Positions 55,919 through 64,000 of a stretch of DNA of 64,000 nt are shown here, piece by piece; positions within the stretch are counted from its first letter, which is position 1; each line of letters starts with the position of its first letter. This DNA is from Vermamoeba vermiformis (taxonomy: Eukaryota), in the NCBI GenBank assembly GCA_045837725.1, contig JBEWZL010000260.1, positions 620,001 to 684,000 on the forward strand, in the 5' to 3' direction. Position numbers and translations under genes: made by a program. A model generated the notes under the pieces. It was not told where the DNA came from. It saw only the letters and a program-made list of their open reading frames with translations, and did no database searches.

Positions 55919-57199
55919 TTAAAACAGTTCCCAAAAGTTCTGAGGTTGATGATGAACACGAGTGGGTTGTCTATATACATAACGAGGCTCGTGGTAAGTG
56001 ACCTTCTTCGGCACAAAGATCTCTAAGATGCCTTGTTCCATATCCGCTTTGATCTGTTGTTTGTTGACGGATCTGGGCAGCTGGAATGACCTCTCAAACG
56101 GTCCAAAATTGCCCTCGATCTGTTCGCGCAAGTAAGGGTTGTTTCGGATGTGAGCAGGCACGTGTCGCACGCCTCGTACAGTCAAGACATCTTCGTCCAA
56201 TGAGACTTCAATGTCGTTTTTGTTCACTCCTGGCAAGGTGAATTGAATCAGGAAGCCTTGAGGCAATTCTCGCACATCAGCCTCGGGGACCCACGGCCGA
56301 CCAACCTCTTGTCGAATCTGTCGTCGCACAGGGTGATTGGGCTGATGATTAATAGGGGGCGTGTGTTGTTGTGGGTGTTGCTCGCGACGCACGTGTCGTT
56401 GTTGTTTTGGCCTGCCAGGACCGGCTCGAGTCTGTGGCACGGGCTTTGGTTGAGGCTTCTCTTGCACGTCTTCTTCGTTCTTTTCTTCGCGCACTTCGGG
56501 CTTGACTTCCTCGGGCTTTGAGGATGATTCTTTTGGCACATCTGGTTTGTTCAGATCGAGCTGTTCCAAGTTTTTTAGCACCTCCTCCGTTTGAGGAGTC
56601 GCTTCCTCGTTTTTTTCAATCTGTTCTTCTGAGTCGCTCGATGATGCTTCTGCATTCTCTTTAGTCTCGACTACTGCCTTGGCTGTCAAGGGCTCGGGCA
56701 ATTTGTCGATGATCAACAGCGCGTTCTTAATGACTAAAAATACTAGTTAGACCGATGCTTATTTACGAATAGGCATAATTATTACTTGCTTTGATCGAGG
56801 GCGGCCATGACCTTTTGAATTAATACAACTTGAGCCTTTCTGATTGGTCGCGCTCCTTCTTCACCAACAATCGAATCTGAAAATTTCATTAATTAGACCA
56901 ACTCGCTCAAACGGTCTTGTAAATTACTTACCCAATGACATCAATTGTTTAAGAAGCTCTTCTGAATAATAGGCAGCAGACTTTTGGATCTGCGCAACTT
57001 TCTTTCTGCCATCTGGATCGCGTTGTAATTCATTAACATTGAGGAGATCCATTTGATTGTTAAGTCGTTCGACTCTATCGATAATGTAGTTAACTTTGGT
57101 CTTGACAGTTTCAAGCTTCGTCCATGTTTGAGGCGAGATGCCAAGAGATTGAGGATCGACAGCTTGGTCTTGGTGTTGAATTGGGTTAATGACCTCCAT
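55919..57199 (-). CDS. BAG domain - small heat shock protein (alpha-crystallin/Hsp20) fusion
   Basis: N-terminal EELLKQLMSLDSIVGEEGARPIRKAQVVLIQ (BAG) and C-terminal FTLPGVNKNDIEVSL...FGPFERSFQLP...IKADMEQGILEIFVPK (alpha-crystallin domain). Confidence 0.82.
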
Positions 57200-57482
57200 G
57201 TTGATCTAACTCGGTTAGTAGTGAATAATGAAACCAAACGACAAATTTTTCGTTTTAAGCCCGTGAGGAATTCTGGTAACGGGAGTTTTGCGTGACCGGT
57301 GCGTTGAAACTCTGCGAAATTTTGATGAAAACTGATAGAAAACTCAATGAACGAGCGGAGTTAGGCTTGTACCACCACGTCGTGCCACGACAACGATTGA
57401 AGCAAGGCTTACCTCGGTACGGGCTAAAAATCAGGTTCCGTTGGTCCGTTTCGATTCAGCACGGATCTGTTGTTCTAACAAT

Positions 57483-57522
57483 CTTCGCGAAGCTTCATCC
57501 ATGTTCGGCAGACTTCCTGAAC
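57483..57522. promoter_or_regulatory. Heat-shock element array (nTTCn/nGAAn)
   Basis: cTTCgcGAAgcTTCatccatgTTCggcagacTTCctGAAc: TTC at 57484, 57494, 57504 and 57514 with GAA in phase at 57489 and 57519, about 285 bp upstream of the BAG-sHSP start codon. Confidence 0.6.
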
Positions 57523-57638
57523 GTATTTTCAAATTCCATAAAACAAGTCGTTAGTTTTGTGTTGTCATAACCTGTCCAAGAGATTGCAACAGCAAAGTAT
57601 CTTCATACAACCAGTGGCATCGACGATCAAAAGCAACA

Positions 57639-58772
57639 ATGATAAACTCCGGTTCAAAGAAGAGTGTAGCTGCAGTACATCGAAGCAAGGTGTCTCCTAA
57701 GTGGGGAGGCAACATAATCGTTACAGACCCAGACTACAAGTTCACAGATCCTTTCATCTTCGCTGTAAGTGCGCGCATCCGGACTTGAAGTTTGGAAGCT
57801 TGATAATAATCTCAAAATAATAAATTAGGTACACCACGTTCACTCATTCAAGCCTGGAGAGGTCGCTGGGTTTCCAGCTCACCCTCATCGGTAAGAAAAA
57901 ATTAAATCTGAAAATGAAAATTATTAATCCGAAAGCTCACCAATAAATTCAGAGGCTTCGAAACAATTACCTACGTGCTCGAAGGAGGTTTTAATCACGG
58001 CGATTCTCGCGGAAATAAAGGCAGCTACGGCAATGGGGACATTCAGTGGATGACCGCAGGTAGAGTGACCGTTACACGAGCTCGTAATATCGATATGCGA
58101 TTATTGACCGGTGTCGTATAAATACTAGGCAGCGGTGTGCTCCACAGCGAGATGTTCATAACAGACAAAGACAAACCAACCACGTTCGATGGCTTTCAAA
58201 TTTGGTTGAATTTGCCCGCCAAGCTGAAGATGAGCGAACCAGCTTACCAAATGATCTGGAAGAACGAAGTACCCGTCGTGGATATCAAAGACGAAGCTAC
58301 GAACAAGAACGTTAATATTAAGATCATTGCTGGCAAGGTTGGCGATAAGAAAGCCAAGATCGAGAAATCCGTTCCGTTGTCCTTCTTACACGTCAAGATT
58401 GATCCCAATCACGAATGGAACTTCAACATCCCTAAAGAACATAACAACTTTTTGTATATAATCAAAGGCGAGGCTATTTTTGACGATACAAAGGTACAAA
58501 AGCAAAACTACGTCCTGATGGGCCACGACAGCGACACTTTCAGCGTCAAATCGGGTAGCGGTACGTGACTATTAATCGAATTCAATATTAACGTGAACAT
58601 TCTAATGAAATTTTGAGCAGAGGGTGTCGAGTTTTTGCTCTTCGAAGGTCAACCTTACAACGAGCCATTCGCGCACCGCGGACCATTTGTCATGAACACG
58701 CAACAAGAGCTGCAAGAAGCTTGGGTAGACTTCTATAGTGGCAAGTTTGGCGAGCTCGAGGACGATTACTAA
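57639..58772 (+). CDS. Pirin family protein
   Basis: [48 protein letters not shown]. The start codon is uncertain. Confidence 0.92.
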
Positions 58773-58893
58773 TGCGTCAGTTGTATTATCAAGTGTACAT
58801 AGGTCGAAGATTAAAAACTAAATTTTCCTACAAATGAACTTCCTCTTAAACGAAAAGGTTAACTTTACTTACAAGTAGATAATATTTACAAAT

Positions 58894-59805
58894 CTAGCTT
58901 TGGCTTGAAGTTTCCGTGCAATCGCCTGAACTCGGGCCATACTCTAAAATAAAAGCGTAATCTTTGAACCATCCTAGATCTTTTGAAATGAGAGGAGAAG
59001 GGTAGTGTTCGGACTGATAGGGGACATCACTCACAATCCCTTGTTGCACCAATTTCTTATACGTTTCTGGTTCTCTAACACTAAGCCATTCTATGACTTT
59101 ACTACGGACGGGACCTGCAGGTTCGTTAGAGTAATTCTGCCGCACATACAGTGACGTACCCGAGTCCAAGTCCATGGCCTTTAAAAATGCTAGAGCTTGT
59201 GTAATATCCTTGGAATTGTAGATTTTTATCGTGCCAAGCACATAGAAGTCGTCGCATTTGTCATATACAGCCATTTCATCAATGTGAATCGTGCCATATT
59301 CGGTTTCGAACTCGTGTCGTATGAATGGAAAATGAGCAAATGGTAGCCATGCCACATCTATTGGTGTCAGCGGCTTGTTCGATCTTCTCCTTGTTGGTTC
59401 TTGATAGGCCAGTAATTCTGTAACTTTGTTTAATATTATCTGCTCGTCGCTCAGTTCGTAGGAGCCAAGCCAGCTCTCTGCTAGGGAGCTTTCGTTCAAG
59501 TTTTGCTTGATTTGCTCTTTCATCGAGATTTTTGCTTGATCACGGAAGCGCAGCCAGCAATTGTTATTGACTAAAGTCATTTGCGGCCCATCGTAGAACA
59601 CGTCATTGTGCCTCGAATCTTTCGAAGACTTGGCGAATGTTCGCAGGTAGTGCACTAGGTGTTCATTGCAAGGGAAGTGGATCTGAATGCAAGACGCGGG
59701 TAACGGTACCTGGGCAGGAGTATCGCAATATTTTGTAAGAATGTGCGCATCCTTGGCGCTAAGGCTAAGTTGCGTTGGAAGTACGTTGGTGTTGTGGTGT
59801 TGCAT
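58894..59805 (-). CDS. Intronless CYTH-like (triphosphate tunnel) domain protein, degenerate
   Basis: DVFYDGPQMTLVNNNCWLRFRD, FAHFPFIRHEF and IHIDE resemble the CYTH/ThTPase core. The N-terminal ExExK motif is absent. Confidence 0.55.
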   Translation of the reverse strand: MQHHNTNVLPTQLSLSAKDAHILTKYCDTPAQVPLPASCIQIHFPCNEHLVHYLRTFAKSSKDSRHNDVFYDGPQMTLVNNNCWLRFRDQAKISMKEQIKQNLNESSLAESWLGSYELSDEQIILNKVTELLAYQEPTRRRSNKPLTPIDVAWLPFAHFPFIRHEFETEYGTIHIDEMAVYDKCDDFYVLGTIKIYNSKDITQALAFLKAMDLDSGTSLYVRQNYSNEPAGPVRSKVIEWLSVREPETYKKLVQQGIVSDVPYQSEHYPSPLISKDLGWFKDYAFILEYGPSSGDCTETSSQS

Positions 59806-59949
59806 TGTGTTTGAAGAAGTGAAACTGCAAATTTTGACAAATTTTGCAATTTGACCACGAACCACCGACGTTATTCGTAATTATTTCTCATACCAGTTTG
59901 TGCGCTTGTAAAGCGTACATAGTTCGATAAAAACTACTTTTTGCGAAGT

Positions 59950-62249
59950 TTATTTCAAGAATTCAGGCGGAATAATGAACTGATAAGCACCCATTTGACT
60001 GTCGCCGAACACCATCATTAAAAATGTTTGCGGCGTCAATTGTTCTCGTAGTCGCAGCAATGTGCCCTTGATATTGCTGTACGGCTCGTACTTGATCATG
60101 GTGTCGTAAAAGTCCTCGATGGGCCAATAATCAAACACCGGCGATTGCCCTTCCATGTCGAGCTTGACCACGACTTGTTGATAGCCCAATTTGGCTTTCT
60201 TCAACAGCGCATCGATTTCGTTGAAATGGTTCATCACGTAGTAGTGCGCAGTGGTGCGGAAATTCTGTAAAAAAATGAAAGTATTGTAAGATAATGGTCA
60301 ATAATAGTAATATATTAATATAAGAGTGCCTTACCTTGACATCTTTGCCGTGCATTTCTTTTTCAACATTGGCGTACAAATCACACACTTTTTTGTGTTC
60401 GCCGCTCTTCCAATGCGCCGCTTGACAGTCCCTAATAGACGAGCACTCAATTAATACGACCGATTATATATACTAGGCATTGAGTACATACCTCGAGCAG
60501 TAGCGCGTGTGTCTGCATCGCGAGCACAGTTTGAAGTCAGTACCGACTTTAGAGCACAACGGATTGCCGCACGGACTGGCGGTTTTGGGCAATTTGCCCG
60601 AGGCCACAGCGAGTCTGGTGGCTATAACTTCGCCGTAGTCGCGCACTTCTTTGAACCGCGAGGCCATCATGCCCGCTGCGAGCTTGTCACCGCCCATGGC
60701 TAGGAGGGGCTTTGATACTTGCGGGACTAAATATTGCGCGGTCAGTTCACCTGCAAATGATCGGATCTGCTCTGCGACTTACATTCCATCGTCAACTTTC
60801 GAATGCAAAATAACGTGCCGTCGAGTGTGTCGGGGTGCGGGGACATTGCGGCGTTCATGAACATGGCGCGCACTAAATCGGGATGTTTTTCAATCAACAT
60901 GACACTTCTGCTCGAGTCCAAATTGATGTTGCCGAGAATGCCGAATATGAACGGATCCACGAGCATATTTTCTTTTAAATAGGACTCTAAAAATGATAAG
61001 AAGCCCCAATCGAGCAAGTAGGTCGTTATATTCTCATCGTCTATAATAATAAAAACAAGTTCATTAAAGTTGAGATCAGATCCGTTATTGATTGATTAAT
61101 ACGTACTTCTTAAAGAATTGTTAAACACGTGCAATATCTCTTCTAATGCTCTCGCATCTTTCTTAAATAATTTAATGTAGCCGTAGAATGTTTGCCACTG
61201 TTCTTTGGTCATTTCTTTGACGAGCAACTTGCTTCCTTCCTCTGCGAAAATTAAATCGTCAAAAATATTGTTAAATTATAATTAATAAGTAATCTAATAT
61301 TGTACCTATAAAACTGATATGAAACATCATCATTATTGCGACTCTCAATGCTCGCTCGTAATTCTCCGTGGACATGTTGGCCTTGGTCCATAAAAATTTT
61401 GTAAGCAGTTTGAACCATTCATTATTGTTTATAACCATCCTTGTTAGCTCATCTATAATAATAATATGATTAATATACGAATATTTGAGGTTAATTACGT
61501 CGCATACCGTCGTCGCATAAATGAGCAATTACGTTCAAGGCACTAACAATCGAAAATTCAGCTTGAGAGTGCTGGTCATCGGGGTATTTAATTTCATTAG
61601 GGTCCTTAATAATCTTCAAGCACGTTTGAAACATTTTCTTCTTGTCCAGTGGCGCGCATGGATCTGATCCCAAAAAAAAGTTCAGAAATTTTATTTAATG
61701 GTGCTATTTCGCGTGGACTTACGTGCGGTTAAATTGACCATCATAGTTAATGACATTTGCTTCGCTGCAGCCTCAGCAGATGGATTTTCTAAATGTCCGA
61801 CTGCGATCGGTGTCACGCCTAAGTTGATAAACTTTTGTTTCCAATTCTCCTCTGATAGGAATATATCAATTAACAAGATATGTAGTCAATGGTGATACGT
61901 ACCAGTGCATGCGTTCGCTATTCCGAGCAGTGCTTGCGCATCTCCAGTTTTCGCGCGCTCCATTGCCTGACGCGGATTGTTTTTGGCATAATTTACCGCT
62001 TCACGCGAATATCTCATAGCTTCGTGGACTGTAGAATATTTAAAAGTTAATGGAGGACTGTTTGAGGCTCGTGTAATATTTTTAAATATTTTTCAATTTT
62101 TTTTTATTCGCAGAAATTTTGTGGTAGCTTCAGTTGCATATATGAGGCTAAAATAGACTTAAAGTGAATTATAAAAAATAGGGAATAATAAATAGAAAGA
62201 CAGAACGTGTTAAGAACCGATCTTTCATTGCTCTGATCTTACCTGACAT
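59950..62249 (-). CDS. ARM/helical-repeat protein with a MYND zinc finger
   Basis: CGNPLC...FKLCSRCRHTRYCSRDCQAAHWKSGEHKKVC (zf-MYND). Helical exons lie upstream. The putative start is a 7-nt first coding exon. Confidence 0.82.
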
Positions 62250-62641
62250 TTTAAGGCCGGCACAAAGTTATATTATAGAGCTATTCAATTCAAAATGGCG
62301 AAGTGTCGCTCAGCTTCGGCTTGAAAAAGAAAAGGCCAAAAAAAGGATGATTTTTATTTTCCCTGCCGGTAACACCGAAACACAGCTGGTTCTTGCTTAC
62401 AATTTAATTATCCTAAATATTTAGCTAATATTGGCTTCCATTATTCGAGGCTTTACTATCAGCTCCTGATCAACCAGTCGAATTACAATTATTTGATCTT
62501 CAAATATAAAGCTAAATATAAATATACCGTAACATATATGAAATTATCGTTATGAAGACCATCGTAAAATTGCTTTTTTTAAAAATGCATCCGTTTTATT
62601 CAAAACATGGAGCTCTAAAAATACTATTATTACAAGTAATA

Positions 62642-64000
62642 TTACAATGACACGTGCTTCACAGTGAGCGGACCCAGCAACCTATCAACAGTACCTGGAA
62701 ACAATGCCCGTACAATACTCATCACGCGCAGGGCAGTCTCCGTGTACAGCTCTCGTTTGCGCGTGACAATAGCGCGCACAATGCTCGGTGCAATCTCTTC
62801 GGGCAGTTGCAGCTTGTAGAACTTGCCTTCTTTCGGAGCCTCTCCGAACCCTTCGCGCAGCAGATCTGTCTTCATGCCGCCAGGGCACACAATCGTCACG
62901 CTCACTCCTTGCGACCGTTCTTCAATTCGCAACGCATCGAAGAAGCCTATGGAGGTATATACTATTAGCTACTACTAAGTATACTGCGAGCGAACAGTTT
63001 CTGTGCAAATCACGAGCGGAGATTATGACACGCGTCACACGGAGAATTCAGCTCGTATTTACCTAACAAAGCGTGCTTGGAACTGCAGTAATGAGCGAGA
63101 TTCATCATAGCGGTCTTGCCTATATTAGTAATATATTAGAGATAAGTAGCAACTCGTGAAGCCAAGGCGTACCAGCCATGCTCGAAGTGAGACCAATCAT
63201 GCCTTTCGAAGCACGGATGTGAGGCAGAGCAAGCTTGGCCAAGTAAACAAACGACATGAAATTAACACTGATGACTCTTTCGATCATTTCAATGCTATTA
63301 TCGGCCACAGAACAAGCTGGCATGATGCCGTGGTTGATGTAAAGCACATCCAACTTGCCGAACTTGGTGATTACCTCGCTAACCACTTCCCTATTAGAAA
63401 TACTATCGTAAGTACATGCTATTCATTGCCTACATGGAAAAAATGATCTGATTTGTCGGCAGAGAATCTAACTGCAATATCATGCAAGACGTACTGACAG
63501 AACTGTTTGTCGGAAAGATCTCCTGCTAGTGCTAGCAGTCTTTCTTGATTGCTGTTAGATGATATGACCGCTGCTGTTTCTTTCAAAGTTTCCGTCCTGC
63601 AGTCAACGAGCACGACTCTAATTGATTACCAAGTAAGTATTAAATCATTCTAGTGAGGATTAAATCGTCTCCTATGAATTAATTATAGCTCAATTTCACC
63701 GAATTGCTGCCCTAAGAAATAAAATTTGATTTGCGAATCACGAAGGATCCAACAATTTAATTTCGATAATACTCAGGTTCATTTAATGATCTTACTTGGC
63801 TCCGTTGTCATAAAAGCTCTTTGCTACTTGTTTTCCAAGGCCTCTAGCTGCGCCAGTAACAATGACGACTCGATCTGTCAAAAACGGCCGTTAGGTTGTA
63901 GTCACGTAACTGGTGCTGGATTGTTCCGATCGTAAGTAATTTCAAGTCATTTAAATACACTTTAGAGTGGTACCTTTCAGATGAAACTGGAGCTCTTCTG
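62642..64000 (-). CDS. Short-chain dehydrogenase/reductase (DHRS7/11beta-HSD-like); 5' end lies beyond the window
   Basis: VVIVTGAARGLG, GKLDVLYINHG, SSMAG, HYCSSKHA (YxxxK), FFDALRIE, VCPG. Confidence 0.9.

Overview
Gene-dense, intron-rich eukaryotic DNA from a protist, probably an amoebozoan (inferred from the gene repertoire). It uses the standard code and has short GT-AG introns with CTAAC/CTGAC branch points. About 29 spliced protein-coding genes were reconstructed by eye, including a UBA-ZZ-UBX protein, UCKL1-like uridine kinase/UPRT, a 6xSH3 adaptor, a JADE/BRPF-like PZP protein, DnaJA, DCAF5, USP5/13, a P450, an A1 protease, TAF7, TPP1, a hybrid histidine kinase, pirin, a MYND protein and an SDR. 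The most striking item is a multi-intron gene (19266-25226, minus strand) that embeds the full ATPase/translocase motor of a bacterial Type I restriction HsdR subunit. It has no nuclease domain and no hsdM/hsdS partner, and the motor is fused to an N-terminal SAM domain, ARM-like repeats and a C-terminal RS domain. Just upstream lies a ~890 bp foldback/MITE-like palindromic element. Other highlights: a U12-type AT-AC intron, a BAG-sHSP fusion with an upstream heat-shock element array, a dispersed intronic 12-bp palindrome (TGACACGTGTCA), a Mnd1/Hop2/Sfr1-like gene, and two frameshifted genes. All family calls rest on motif recognition, not database searches.
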